The notes: generated from the letters alone by a model not told the origin. A stretch of 64,000 bases of DNA from Candidatus Uhrbacteria bacterium (GCA_016205975.1 JACQSK010000012.1:15210-79209), one strand, 5' to 3'; counted from the stretch's first letter, positions 29,739 to 39,936 are shown. Numbers and translations: made by a program.

Positions 29739-30860
29739 ATGCCTTCTTCCGATGACATGATGTCCGAAATGTCCATGGTCTGCCCCCTTCGGGGAGGCCA
29801 CATCACCGTCGAGTCCGTCGGTCCGGGGCACCCCGACAAGGTGTGCGACCAGATCAGCGACGCGGTGCTCGACGCGGCGCTCGCGGGCGACCCGAACTCT
29901 CGGGTGGCCATCGAGACCACCGGCAAGGGTCGCATCAAGCTCATCGGCGAGATGACCACCAACTCGGAGATCGACCTGCCTGCGCTCGCGATGCGCGTGC
30001 ACCGCGAGATCGGCTACCGCGACGACGAGGTCGGCGGGGTGGACGTGGACGTCGTGCAGCAGTCGGGCGACATCGCCATGGGCACCAACATGAAGGTGAG
30101 GGGCGCTGGCGACCAGGGTATCATGGCGGGCTACGCCGTGGACACACCCGAGCACGACTACATGCCGATCGCCTACACGCTCGCGCGGCGGCTCATCCAG
30201 CGTCTCGTCACGGTGCGTGAGGATGGGATCCTGACCTTCCTGCGCCCCGACTGCAAGTCGCAGGTGGTGATGCAGAACGGTACGGTCCAGCGCGTCACCA
30301 TCGCGACCCAGCACATCGCGGAGGTGGAGCTCGAGGAGCTGCGCGAGGCCGTGCACCGCGAGGTGATCGTGCCGGTGGTGGGCGACATCGCCTTCGATCG
30401 CTGCCAGATCAACGGTACGGGTCGGTTCGTGAACGGCTCGTTCTCGGCCGACGCGGGTCTCACCGGCCGCAAGATCGTCGTGGACCAGTACGGTCCGTGG
30501 GTTCCCGTGGGAGGCGGTGCCTTCTCCGGCAAGGATCCCAGCAAGGTCGACCGCACGGCCGCCTACATGGCGCGCCACATCGCCAAGACGATCGTCGTGA
30601 ACGGCATGGCCAAGGAGGCGCTCGTGCACCTGGCCTACACGATCGGTTTCACCGAGCCCGACTCGGTGGGCGTGCGCGTGTTCGACGCCGAGGATTCCGC
30701 CTTCAACTTCGAGGCGTGGATCCGTGAGACCTTCCCGCTGTCGCCCGGCGACATGATCGCGTACCTCGGCCTCACCGCGCCCGCGGGCTGGAGCTACCAG
30801 GACGCCGCGGCCTACGGCCACTTCGGCCGCCCGCAGTTCCCCTGGGAGGACGTGGGCTAG
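29739..30860 (+). CDS. metK: S-adenosylmethionine synthetase
   Basis: ESVGPGHPDKVCDQISD, GAGDQG, DAGLTGRKI, GGGAFSGKD, YGHFGR. Confidence 0.97.
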   Translation: MPSSDDMMSEMSMVCPLRGGHITVESVGPGHPDKVCDQISDAVLDAALAGDPNSRVAIETTGKGRIKLIGEMTTNSEIDLPALAMRVHREIGYRDDEVGGVDVDVVQQSGDIAMGTNMKVRGAGDQGIMAGYAVDTPEHDYMPIAYTLARRLIQRLVTVREDGILTFLRPDCKSQVVMQNGTVQRVTIATQHIAEVELEELREAVHREVIVPVVGDIAFDRCQINGTGRFVNGSFSADAGLTGRKIVVDQYGPWVPVGGGAFSGKDPSKVDRTAAYMARHIAKTIVVNGMAKEALVHLAYTIGFTEPDSVGVRVFDAEDSAFNFEAWIRETFPLSPGDMIAYLGLTAPAGWSYQDAAAYGHFGRPQFPWEDVG

Positions 30861-31014
30861 TCACGCCTCTGCACGTGCCCGAGTGTGAAAAATCACTCGG
30901 GTTTTTATTTGGTTCAAAGCCAATTTCAAAGACCAGCCGCAGGTTGAGCGACGGCTGGCAGGGGCGTCCGATCGTCCGTTGCCTTTCCTCTGTGCATATC
31001 CTACACTGACCCCT

Positions 31015-31989
31015 ATGAATCCTCCGCTCCCATCCTCCGTCTGCCATGTGCGCGGCACGCAACCCGGCCCGCGCGTGGTTGTGTTCGGTGGCACGCATGG
31101 AGATGAGACGATGGGTGTGCGGGTCGTGCAGGACGTCTTGAAGGCGCTGGGTTTTCACACGGTCGCGCCCGCAGGGGAGATCACCTCTCCCTTGGTCCTA
31201 GGCGATTTGTTTTTGGGGATCGGGAACCCGGAGGCCGTGGATCGTGGCACACGCAGCGTGAGCGGCGTGCGCGATTTGAACCGCTGTTTTCACGAGTCGT
31301 TTTTTGAGAGCCCCGAAGCCCTCTTGCTTCCTGACCAGCAGCGCGCCGCCGAGCTCAAGGACTTGCTCGCGAGCGCCGACTATTTTTTTGACCTGCACTC
31401 CGTGAGCGCGAAGGAGACCGTTCCCTTCGTCGGGCTCACGATGTTTTCTGAGCGGCACGCAGAGGTCTGCCGTTCCATCCCCGTCCATCATATCCTCGAC
31501 GTGCAGGCGATCCTCGGACAGGACGTCGGGATCGCGATCGACGAGCTTACGCAGACGCCCACGACCTGCTCATGGGTGAACCGCCACGGCGGCGTGGGGC
31601 TGGCTTATGAGATGGGCTATCAAGGGGACGAGGCGTCCGTGCCGCGCGCCACCGCGGTTCTCGTGAACCTGCTTGTGAGCGTGGGTGCGGTCCATCCGGC
31701 GCTGCGCGAGAACCTTCACATCGAGTACGCGCGCGACACCGCGGCAACGGATCAGCGCGTCTACCGCCTCGTACACTGTGAGCGCAACACGCTCAAAGGC
31801 TTCCGTTATGCCGATCCTCGCTACAAGCGCAACTTCTCTCCTGTCCGTGAGGGCGAGCTGATTGGGACATATCAAGATGGAGAAGAGGTGCGCGCTACGA
31901 GCGACGGCCTTCTAGTGTTCCCTGCGGGCGAGCAGACGCTTTCGAGCAATCAAAGCTTGTTTTACCTGGCGGTTCCTATTTTGCATTGA
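31015..31989 (+). CDS. Succinylglutamate desuccinylase/aspartoacylase (M14) family hydrolase
   Basis: GGTHGDE, GNP, DLNRCF, DLHS, YEMG. Confidence 0.88.
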   Translation: MNPPLPSSVCHVRGTQPGPRVVVFGGTHGDETMGVRVVQDVLKALGFHTVAPAGEITSPLVLGDLFLGIGNPEAVDRGTRSVSGVRDLNRCFHESFFESPEALLLPDQQRAAELKDLLASADYFFDLHSVSAKETVPFVGLTMFSERHAEVCRSIPVHHILDVQAILGQDVGIAIDELTQTPTTCSWVNRHGGVGLAYEMGYQGDEASVPRATAVLVNLLVSVGAVHPALRENLHIEYARDTAATDQRVYRLVHCERNTLKGFRYADPRYKRNFSPVREGELIGTYQDGEEVRATSDGLLVFPAGEQTLSSNQSLFYLAVPILH

Positions 31990-32043
31990 CTTAATCGTTG
32001 GTAAGTCCTAGGCTTGAGGCGCCCAACAAGTAAAGGAGGGCAC

Positions 32044-33297
32044 GTGTCAAAACAGCTTCCCCCGTCCGTATCTCCCGAGACCTTCGCTCTTCACGGCGGC
32101 TACGACCCCGCACGCAGCGAGGGCGCGGTCAAGCCTCCGCTGTTCGCCACCTCGACCTTCGCGGCCAACACGTCCGCGGAGCTCGCCGGATGGTTCGGAC
32201 AGGCGTACGGGTTGGATGGCAAGCCCCCTCGTGCTCCCGACGGGCTCATCTACTCGCGCCTCGTGAATCCCGACCTGCAGATCTTCGAGGAACGGTGGTC
32301 GGTCTACGAGGGCGCGGAGCAGTCCGCGTTGTGTGCGAGCGGTATGGCCGCCATCGTCACGACGCTGCTCACCTTGTGTCGGCCCGGGGACACGGTGATG
32401 TATTCCACGCCGGTCTACGGTGGGACGGACTTCTTCATGGAGCACACGCTCCCCGAGTTCGGCATCCGCACGCAGTCGTTCCCGGCCACGGCCACGAGCG
32501 AGGAAGTGGCCGAGATGATCGCGGAGCTTGCGCGCCATGACCAGAAGGTGAAGGTCGTCTACCTCGAGTCGCCGGCCAACCCGACCTTGTCGCTCGCGGA
32601 CGTGGAGGGCATCGCGCAGGTCGTGCGCGAGATGGGGGCAACGCGACCGATGATCGTGGTGGACAACACGGTGCTGGGACCGGTGTTCTACCGGCCGCTC
32701 GCGCTGGGCGCGGACATCGTGGTCCACTCGGCCACCAAGTCGATCGGCGGGCACAGCGACCTCATCGCCGGCATCGTGTGCGGCACCGGTGAGATGATCG
32801 CCAATGTGAAGGTGACCCGTACCATCTTCGGCACCATGTCCGACCCGCACACGGCATGGCTTCTGTTGCGCAGCCTCGAGACGTACAAGTTGCGCGTGGA
32901 AGCGGCCGCGAAGAAGACCGAGAAGATCATCGCGTTCCTGCGCGTGCACCCGGCCGTGGAGGAGGTCTTCTTCCCGGACACGTGCGGCGGCGCGCAGAGC
33001 GATTGCGCTCGCTCTCAGTGCTCGGGGCACGGATCGCTCCTTTCCTTCACGGTGCACGGCGGCCGCGAGGAGGCGTATCGCGTGCTCGATCACCTGAAGG
33101 TGGTGCGTCTGGCCGTGAGCCTGGGCAGCACCGAGTCGCTCGCCGAGCACCCGCGCACGCACACCCACTCCGACATCGCCCCCGCGGATCTTGACCGCTT
33201 CGGCATCACCGAAGGGATGATCCGTCTGTCCGTGGGCGTGGAAGACGCCGACGATGTGATCACGGATCTCGCGCAGGCGCTGGACGAATTGCTCTGA
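32044..33297 (+). CDS. PLP-dependent trans-sulfuration enzyme (methionine gamma-lyase/cystathionine gamma-synthase family)
   Basis: YSRLVNP, SGMAAI, ESPANPT, VDNT, HSATKSIGGHSD, AVSLGSTESL, RLSVGVED. Confidence 0.92.
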   Translation: MSKQLPPSVSPETFALHGGYDPARSEGAVKPPLFATSTFAANTSAELAGWFGQAYGLDGKPPRAPDGLIYSRLVNPDLQIFEERWSVYEGAEQSALCASGMAAIVTTLLTLCRPGDTVMYSTPVYGGTDFFMEHTLPEFGIRTQSFPATATSEEVAEMIAELARHDQKVKVVYLESPANPTLSLADVEGIAQVVREMGATRPMIVVDNTVLGPVFYRPLALGADIVVHSATKSIGGHSDLIAGIVCGTGEMIANVKVTRTIFGTMSDPHTAWLLLRSLETYKLRVEAAAKKTEKIIAFLRVHPAVEEVFFPDTCGGAQSDCARSQCSGHGSLLSFTVHGGREEAYRVLDHLKVVRLAVSLGSTESLAEHPRTHTHSDIAPADLDRFGITEGMIRLSVGVEDADDVITDLAQALDELL

Positions 33298-33426
33298 TCC
33301 GACGCAGAGGCTTGACATCGAGCCTCTTTTCTTTTGAGCATTTGGAATCAGGATCTATCGTTCGCAAGTGATATGTCCTGATTTCATTCGACGCTCGCGC
33401 GGTTTTCCGCTAGGATGTCTTCGCTT

Positions 33427-35214
33427 ATGACCGATCAGTCTCGCATTCGAAATTTTTGCATCATCGCGCATATCGATCATGGAAAGTCGACTCTGGCGGA
33501 TCGGCTTTTGGAACTCACGGGCACCGTGGATAAGCGCAACATGAAGGCGCAGATTTTGGATTCGATGGACCTGGAGCGCGAGAAGGGGATTACGATTAAG
33601 CTCGCGCCGGCGAGGATGATGTATCAGGATCACGTGCTGAATCTCATCGACACGCCGGGGCACGTGGACTTCACCTATGAGGTGTCACGTTCGCTCGCCG
33701 CGGTCGAGGGCGCTATCTTGCTCGTCGATGCCACGCAGGGCGTGCAGGCGCAGACGATTGGGAATTTGTATTTGGCGATGGAGGAGAATCTCGAGATTAT
33801 TCCCGTGTTGAACAAAATCGATTTGCCCGCTGCCGACGTTGACGCACGAGCGGCGGAGCTTATGCAGCTCATTGGTTGCGCGCGAGAGGAGATTTTGTGC
33901 GTGAGCGGAAAGACCGGCGCGGGCGTGATGGAGTTGCTTGACGCGATCGTGGCGCGGATTCCTCCGCCCACGGGAGACGCGGTCGTGCCTGTGCGCGCAC
34001 TCATCTTCGACTCGTTTTATGACGACTACCGCGGGGTCATGGCGTATGTGCGCGTCGTGGATGGCGCACTCAAGAAACGGCAGAAGGTTACGATGATCGC
34101 CACGCGCGCGGATTTGGAGTTGCTGGAGGTGGGAGCCGTGACGCCCAACGGCCTGATCGCGTCCGACACGCTTGCGACCGGACAGATCGGCTACGTCGTG
34201 ACGGGGTTGAAGGAGATCGGCGGGTGTCGCGTGGGAGATACGATCACCACCGGTTCAGGCGGCCATGCGTTACCCGGTTACAAAGAAGTGAAGCCTATGG
34301 TCTATGCCGGCATCTTCCCGCGCGAGGGCGACGACTTCCACAAGCTGCGCGAGGCCATGGAGCGGCTTAAGCTCAACGACTCCGCGCTCATCTACGAGCC
34401 TGAGCACTCTCCCGCGATCGGGTACGGATTCCGCTGCGGCTTGCTGGGCATGCTGCATCTGGAGATTTTGAAGGAGCGCCTTGAGCGCGAGTTCAACATC
34501 ACACTGGTGGTGACCGTGCCGTCGGTCGCCTACGAGCTGCTCTTGCGCAGCGGGGAGACGCGCGTCATCAAGTCTCCGCTCGAGTTGCCGGATCCTTCGC
34601 ACATCGAGCTCATCCGTGAGCCGTGGGTGAAACTGGATTTGGTGTCGCCTTCTGAATACATCGGCCCCATCATGTCGCTTTTGCAAGAGCGCCGCGGCGT
34701 GTACCAGACGACCGAGTATCTCTCCGGCGCCCGCGCGATTTTGCATTATGAGATTCCGTTGTCGATGGTGATCGTGGATTTTTACGATAAGCTGAAGAGC
34801 GTTACGGCCGGTTATGCGTCTATGAATTACGAAGTCATCGGTTACCGCGTGGCGGATGTGGTGCGCATGGACATGCTGGTCGCCGAGGAACCCGTGGACG
34901 CCTTTGCCACGCTCGTCTATCGCGACGAGGCGGAGAAGACGGGGCGGCGCATGGCGACGATTCTGAAGGACTCGATCCCGAAAGAAAACTTCGTCATCAA
35001 GATCCAGGCGGCCGTGGGAGGAAAGATCGTGGCCTCCGAGCGGATCTCGGCGATGCGCAAGGACGTGACGGCTGGACTCTACGGCGGCGACGTGACGCGC
35101 AAGCGCAAGCTCTTGGAGAAACAGAAGAAAGGCAAAGCCAAGATGGCGGCGCTGGGAAAAGGCCGGGTGAGCATTCCGACTGAAGCGTATCTGAAAGTGT
35201 TGAAAAGAGAGTAG
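33427..35214 (+). CDS. lepA: Elongation factor 4
   Basis: IAHIDHGKSTL, DTPGHVDF, NKID, GFRCGLLGMLH, YGGDVTRKRKLL. Confidence 0.98.
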   Translation: MTDQSRIRNFCIIAHIDHGKSTLADRLLELTGTVDKRNMKAQILDSMDLEREKGITIKLAPARMMYQDHVLNLIDTPGHVDFTYEVSRSLAAVEGAILLVDATQGVQAQTIGNLYLAMEENLEIIPVLNKIDLPAADVDARAAELMQLIGCAREEILCVSGKTGAGVMELLDAIVARIPPPTGDAVVPVRALIFDSFYDDYRGVMAYVRVVDGALKKRQKVTMIATRADLELLEVGAVTPNGLIASDTLATGQIGYVVTGLKEIGGCRVGDTITTGSGGHALPGYKEVKPMVYAGIFPREGDDFHKLREAMERLKLNDSALIYEPEHSPAIGYGFRCGLLGMLHLEILKERLEREFNITLVVTVPSVAYELLLRSGETRVIKSPLELPDPSHIELIREPWVKLDLVSPSEYIGPIMSLLQERRGVYQTTEYLSGARAILHYEIPLSMVIVDFYDKLKSVTAGYASMNYEVIGYRVADVVRMDMLVAEEPVDAFATLVYRDEAEKTGRRMATILKDSIPKENFVIKIQAAVGGKIVASERISAMRKDVTAGLYGGDVTRKRKLLEKQKKGKAKMAALGKGRVSIPTEAYLKVLKRE

Positions 35215-35253
35215 CAGGTAGCTAGTATACTAGTGACGAGCTACCTGCTACTC
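35209..35253. repeat. 15-bp perfect inverted repeat between lepA and recJ
   Basis: gagtagcaggtagct / agctacctgctactc, with palindrome ctagtatactag overlapping the loop; no T tract. Confidence 0.75.
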
Positions 35254-35257
35254 CTCT

Positions 35258-36988
35258 ATGCATCAACAATGGCAAGTGGCACAACCGATACCAGAGCAAG
35301 AACGAGCATCGTTTCCGGAGATCGATCCGGTCTTGTTGCAGCTGCTTTGGAACCGGGGCGTGCGCACGCAAGAGGAGATCGACGTGTTCGTGGGCCCGGA
35401 TTGGAGTCGGGACACGCACGCGCCCGATCTTTTTTTGCACATGGGTGAGGCGGTGGCGCGCGTGTTCGCCGCGCTCGAGCGAGGCGAGGTCATCACCGTG
35501 CACGGCGACTACGATGCCGACGGCGTGTGCGGCTCGGCCGTCCTACTCTCAACGCTCAGAGATCTCTGCCGCGCGTTTTCCTTCGACGAGAACAGCGTGA
35601 CGAGCTACATCCCACATCGCGAGAAGGAAGGCTATGGCATCAGCGTGGGGACGATCGAACGCCTGCACGCGCACGATCACACCAAGCTCGTGATCACGGT
35701 CGACTGTGGGATCAGCAACAAGCCGGCGATCGACCGAGGGCGGGAGCTGGGCATCGACACGATCGTGTGCGATCACCACACCATGCCCGCAGAGCTGCCC
35801 ACGGCGATTCTCATCCATCCGTTGGTTCCGGGAGAGACGTATCCCAACAAGCAGCTGTGCGGCACGGGCGTGGCGTTCAAGCTCGCGAACGCACTTATCC
35901 AGGAGGCGCGGCGGCGCGGAGCCGCGATGGCCCAAGGGCAGGAGAAGTGGCTTCTTGATCTTGTCGCGATCGCGACCGTGACCGACGTGATGCCGCTCAC
36001 GGGAGAGAACCGCGTGCTGGAAAAATTTGGTTTGATCGTCTTGAACAAGACCAAGCGCAAAGGACTCGTAAAGCTTCTCGAAGTCGCGGGCTCCACGTTG
36101 GGCGAGCTCGACACGATCTCGATCGGTTTTCAGATTGGGCCTCGGCTCAACGCGGCCGGACGCATGACCCACGCCAGCGCCGCGCTCGAACTCTTGCTTG
36201 AGGAAGACGACCTGCGCGCGACGACGCTGGCCTTGCAGCTCCACGAAACGAACCTGGCGCGGCAGAAGGCGTCCCAGCAGATGTACGAAGAAGCGAAGGC
36301 ACAGCTCGGCGACGTGACCGGTAAAAAAATATTGGTGGCCGTACAAGACGGTTGGAGCGCGGGACTCGTCGGGCTGGTGGCGGGGAAACTTCAAAATGAA
36401 TATCACCGTCCCGTGCTGGTGGTCGGCCGCGATGGAGAAAAATTCGTCGGCTCAGGCAGGAGCATCGACGGGTTTGATGTGACGGCCGCTCTGCGCGTCG
36501 CGCAGGAGCATCTAGACAAGTTCGGCGGCCATCCACAGGCGTGCGGGTTTTCGGTCACGGGGGAGGCTCGGTTCGCACGCGCGATGGCGGCCGTGCAGGC
36601 GTTTGCCTCTGAGCAGATCGACGATGCCTTGCTCTGTCCCATCCTCAAGATCGATACAGATATCCCGCTTGAGGGCATCACGTGGAACCTGTTTGAGAGC
36701 GTGCAAGCGCTTCGACCGTTTGGAACGGGAAACCCGGCGCCGCTGTTTGTTTCCCGCGGCGTGAAGGTCGTGGCATTCTCGGCTGTGGGAAAAGATCAGA
36801 GCCACCTCCAGCTGCGCGTTCAGTCCGCTGGTGGTAAGATAGCGCGTGCGATCGGCTTTCGATTCGGCGCATGGGCCTCGCGCCTGACGCTCGGCAGCCG
36901 CGTTGATCTCGTCTACGAGGTCGACGTGAACGAGTGGAACGGGAGCAGGGAGTTGCAATTAAAACTTGTTGATCTTGTATGCTCTTAA
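35258..36988 (+). CDS. recJ: ssDNA-specific exonuclease RecJ
   Basis: GDYDADG, TVDCG, DHH, GPRLNAAGR, GSGRS, GGHPQACG, PFGTGNP. Confidence 0.96.
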   Translation: MHQQWQVAQPIPEQERASFPEIDPVLLQLLWNRGVRTQEEIDVFVGPDWSRDTHAPDLFLHMGEAVARVFAALERGEVITVHGDYDADGVCGSAVLLSTLRDLCRAFSFDENSVTSYIPHREKEGYGISVGTIERLHAHDHTKLVITVDCGISNKPAIDRGRELGIDTIVCDHHTMPAELPTAILIHPLVPGETYPNKQLCGTGVAFKLANALIQEARRRGAAMAQGQEKWLLDLVAIATVTDVMPLTGENRVLEKFGLIVLNKTKRKGLVKLLEVAGSTLGELDTISIGFQIGPRLNAAGRMTHASAALELLLEEDDLRATTLALQLHETNLARQKASQQMYEEAKAQLGDVTGKKILVAVQDGWSAGLVGLVAGKLQNEYHRPVLVVGRDGEKFVGSGRSIDGFDVTAALRVAQEHLDKFGGHPQACGFSVTGEARFARAMAAVQAFASEQIDDALLCPILKIDTDIPLEGITWNLFESVQALRPFGTGNPAPLFVSRGVKVVAFSAVGKDQSHLQLRVQSAGGKIARAIGFRFGAWASRLTLGSRVDLVYEVDVNEWNGSRELQLKLVDLVCS

Positions 36989-37383
36989 AAATTTTTACAG
37001 ACGGCGGCTCGCGGGGGAATCCGGGACCGGCGGCGTCGGGGGCGGTGATTCAGTCGGCCTCCGGCGAGACGATTACGCATGTTTCGAAGTATCTCGGGAG
37101 GACGACCAACAACCAGGCCGAGTACACGGCGATCATCATCGGACTCAAGAAGGCGCGCGAGCTGGGCGCCACGACAGTGCAGGTGTATATGGACTCCGAG
37201 CTCGCGTGCAAGCAGTTGAATGGCGAGTACCGCGTGAAGGATCCCGAGATCGCCAAACGATTTTTGGAAATCAAAAACGTGATGCATGATTTTACGCGGG
37301 TGACGTTCACTCACGTCCGCCGCGAGAAAAATAAAGAAGCCGACGCGATTGTGAATAGATGTCTAGATGCGCAGCACTGTTAA
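36979..37383 (+). CDS. rnhA: Ribonuclease HI family protein
   Basis: TDGGSRGNPG, TNNQAEY, DSEL, HVRREKNKEAD. Confidence 0.92.
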   Translation: MLLKIFTDGGSRGNPGPAASGAVIQSASGETITHVSKYLGRTTNNQAEYTAIIIGLKKARELGATTVQVYMDSELACKQLNGEYRVKDPEIAKRFLEIKNVMHDFTRVTFTHVRREKNKEADAIVNRCLDAQHC

Positions 37384-37404
37384 GCGTGGTATACTCACGG
37401 CAGT

Positions 37405-38502
37405 ATGAGGCTCTTTGGAAAGAAAAAACCAAACAGTTTTTTGGGAGTCGACATCGGGGCGAGCAGCATTAAAGTTGCGGAGTTCGCCAATCACAAGGGC
37501 CGCGCCAGGCTGCTTACCTACGGGTATGCCGAGCTGCCCAACGCGGCGGCGGGCGACACGCTGTTTGATCAGCCCAAGGCCGCGGGCGAGCTGCTCTCGC
37601 GCGTGTGTCGTGAAGCCGGAACAAAATCTACGGCGGCCATGGCTGCGCTCCCGACGTCCAATGTTTTTTCAACGATCTTGTCCATCCCGGAGGTGAAAGA
37701 CGCGCGCGCTCGGCAAGCGGCCGTCAACACGGAAGTCGCGAAGTTGTCGCCCCTGCCGTTGTCGGAGATGATTTTGCAGACGACTTTCCTGGATGAGGAA
37801 CAAAAAGGGAAACCCAAGGAAGAGAAAGCCGCGCAGGAAAAGAGGACGGCGTTTCGCGTGTTGGTCACGGGCGCGGCCAAGACGTTCATCCAAAAGTACA
37901 TCGAGACATTCAAGGCTGCCAAGCTAAACTTGCAGGCCATCGATACCGAGGCGCTGGCGCTCGTGCGGGCGTTGGTGGGAAAGGACAAGGGCGCCATCTT
38001 GATGCTCGATATCGGTTCTAAGCGCACGAACATCGTGATCGTCGAGAAGGGTATTCCATTCGTGTCGCGCTCCATCACCATCGGCGGCAACACGGTCACG
38101 AATCAGCTCATGCGCACGATGGGCTTGTCAGAGGCGGACGCGGATCGTGTGAAGCGCGATCTGGGCGTTGCCCCTCCTGCCGCGTCGGGCCTGGCGGGCG
38201 GATTGCCCAAGCTGCTCGAGCCCATCATGCAGCCGCTCGTGAATGAAATCCGTTATGCGTTTCAGCTTTACGCCAGCATGGAGCTCGCCCAAATCAAGCA
38301 GATAGAGAAGATCATCGTCACCGGCGGCTCGTCGCACTTGCCGCGCATCCCCGAGTATCTCGCCCAGACGCTCAACATGAACGTGTACCGTGGCGATCCA
38401 TGGGCGCGCGTCGTGTATCCGGCAGAGGTCGCAAGCGTGTTGGAAGAGATTGGTCCGCGGATGAGTGTGGCCGTAGGGCTTGCGATGCGCGAGATAGAGT
38501 AA
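37405..38502 (+). CDS. pilM: Type IV pilus assembly protein PilM
   Basis: GVDIGASSIK, LDIG, TGGSS, AVGLAMR actin-like fold motifs. Confidence 0.92.
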   Translation: MRLFGKKKPNSFLGVDIGASSIKVAEFANHKGRARLLTYGYAELPNAAAGDTLFDQPKAAGELLSRVCREAGTKSTAAMAALPTSNVFSTILSIPEVKDARARQAAVNTEVAKLSPLPLSEMILQTTFLDEEQKGKPKEEKAAQEKRTAFRVLVTGAAKTFIQKYIETFKAAKLNLQAIDTEALALVRALVGKDKGAILMLDIGSKRTNIVIVEKGIPFVSRSITIGGNTVTNQLMRTMGLSEADADRVKRDLGVAPPAASGLAGGLPKLLEPIMQPLVNEIRYAFQLYASMELAQIKQIEKIIVTGGSSHLPRIPEYLAQTLNMNVYRGDPWARVVYPAEVASVLEEIGPRMSVAVGLAMREIE

Positions 38503-38506
38503 GTTT

Positions 38507-38884
38507 ATGCCACGACCCAAAAAACGCAGCGTTCTGCTCATCGATCAAGACGCGCACGCGCTCGCCATTTACGAAAAGAGGTTTGAAGGCGCTGGGTGGA
38601 AGGTCGCGCGCGCGAAGCATGTGCAAGAGGCGAAAAAACGGCTGGCGCGATCGATTCCCGACGCGCTCGTCATGGGGTTGCATCCGCTCGCGGAGGGACT
38701 GGCGTTTCTGGACGAACTTCACAAGGATCCGCTTATGGCTTCCGCTGTGCGCGTTGTCTTGACAGACGTCGGTGATCGCCGGACGATGAAGGAAGCAGAA
38801 GCGCTCGGTGTGAAGGCCTACCTGCTTAAAGGCCATGTCGTTCCAGCCGAGGTCATTAGAAAAGTAAAATCTTTTTTCGTATGA
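38507..38884 (+). CDS. Single-domain response regulator lacking the phosphoacceptor Asp
   Basis: CheY-like pattern (VLLIDQD, VVLT, GVKAYLLK) but PDALVMG where PDxxxxD is expected. Confidence 0.8.
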   Translation: MPRPKKRSVLLIDQDAHALAIYEKRFEGAGWKVARAKHVQEAKKRLARSIPDALVMGLHPLAEGLAFLDELHKDPLMASAVRVVLTDVGDRRTMKEAEALGVKAYLLKGHVVPAEVIRKVKSFFV

Positions 38885-39384
38885 ATGAAAAAAAGGGTTT
38901 CACGCTCGTTGAGCTCTTGGTCGTGGTCGCGATCATTGCTCTGGTCGCTACGTTTGCGGCCGTGGCTGTGAACGCCGCGCGCTCCAAACAGCGCGACGCC
39001 ACGCGTCTGTCCAATGTCCGCCAGCTTCAGTCCGCGCTGGAAGATTCCTTTAACGAGACGAACCGTTATCCCGATGGCGACCTGACCCCCTTGGGGGATG
39101 CTTCTCAGAGCCTGTGCCTTGGCTCGCGCGGCTTTGCGTCTGACTGTTCGGGAGATGCATCCGTCTTTTTGCGCGTCGTTCCCGGGACGTATGAAGACGG
39201 CCTTGAGGGCATCGTCACCTGCGGCGAACCATCGCGCCGAGCGTTCTGTTACTCTGCGCGGCAGGAGAGCGACGCCTATGTGATTTATTTTGAACTGGAA
39301 AATGATTTTGCCCCCGTGGGATTGCAGGCGGGCGTGAATTGCGCGACACCCGATGGAATGGAGGCGGGGACGTGCGCACAGTAA
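38881..39384 (+). CDS. Type IV pilin / pseudopilin
   Basis: KKGFTLVELLVV prepilin cleavage/methylation motif; Cys-rich C-terminus. Confidence 0.93.
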   Translation: MNEKKGFTLVELLVVVAIIALVATFAAVAVNAARSKQRDATRLSNVRQLQSALEDSFNETNRYPDGDLTPLGDASQSLCLGSRGFASDCSGDASVFLRVVPGTYEDGLEGIVTCGEPSRRAFCYSARQESDAYVIYFELENDFAPVGLQAGVNCATPDGMEAGTCAQ

Positions 39385-39429
39385 AAAGAAAACGACGCGC
39401 GGGCGCCGTGTGAGATGGTGGGGAGATCT

Positions 39430-39936
39430 CTAGGGGAGGAAGTCGTCGCGCATCACGTCCCCCGAGGCGATGGGAGCGAAGAGCGCGCACAGGGTGTGGA
39501 TCTCGTCGAACGTGGTCGTCGGATCGAGGTGGTACATGCGTTCGGCCTGGTGGAGGAGCCACGGGCCCACGTTGAGATCGCAGTGATCCAAGAGGACGGC
39601 GTTTCCGGTGAGGAAGAGCTCGAGGTCGTGGGCGGGGCCGATCCAGCCGATCTTGCGGAAGGTGGTGAGGGATCGCCAATCCGCCACGCGCAGACAGTAG
39701 TCGACCACCTTCCGCAGGTTGAGGCCCAGCGTCTGGGCCGGGGACGTGCGTTCGATGAGTCCCGGATCGCGCAAGGCGGCGCTCACCATGTGGCAGAGGC
39801 GCATCACGGCGAGGAAGAGAGCCAGCCGCTCCCCGGTGATGGAGATCGGTTTGTGCTCGGTCAGGGCGCGCTCGAGTCGGGTGAGCTCGCGCTTGTTGCC
39901 GTCTGGGTTTTCCGTGAGAGCTGTGAACAAGTCCAT
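39430..39936 (-). CDS. Hypothetical protein
   Basis: 168-aa ORF with GGAGG SD and upstream TTGACA-17-TAACGT on the minus strand. Confidence 0.6.
   Translation of the reverse strand: MDLFTALTENPDGNKRELTRLERALTEHKPISITGERLALFLAVMRLCHMVSAALRDPGLIERTSPAQTLGLNLRKVVDYCLRVADWRSLTTFRKIGWIGPAHDLELFLTGNAVLLDHCDLNVGPWLLHQAERMYHLDPTTTFDEIHTLCALFAPIASGDVMRDDFLP

Noticed and set aside
25777-30821. Long minus-strand ORFs (628 aa and 844 aa)
   Set aside because: Antisense or off-frame shadows of GC-rich metG, metK and the GCS2 gene; no protein motifs.
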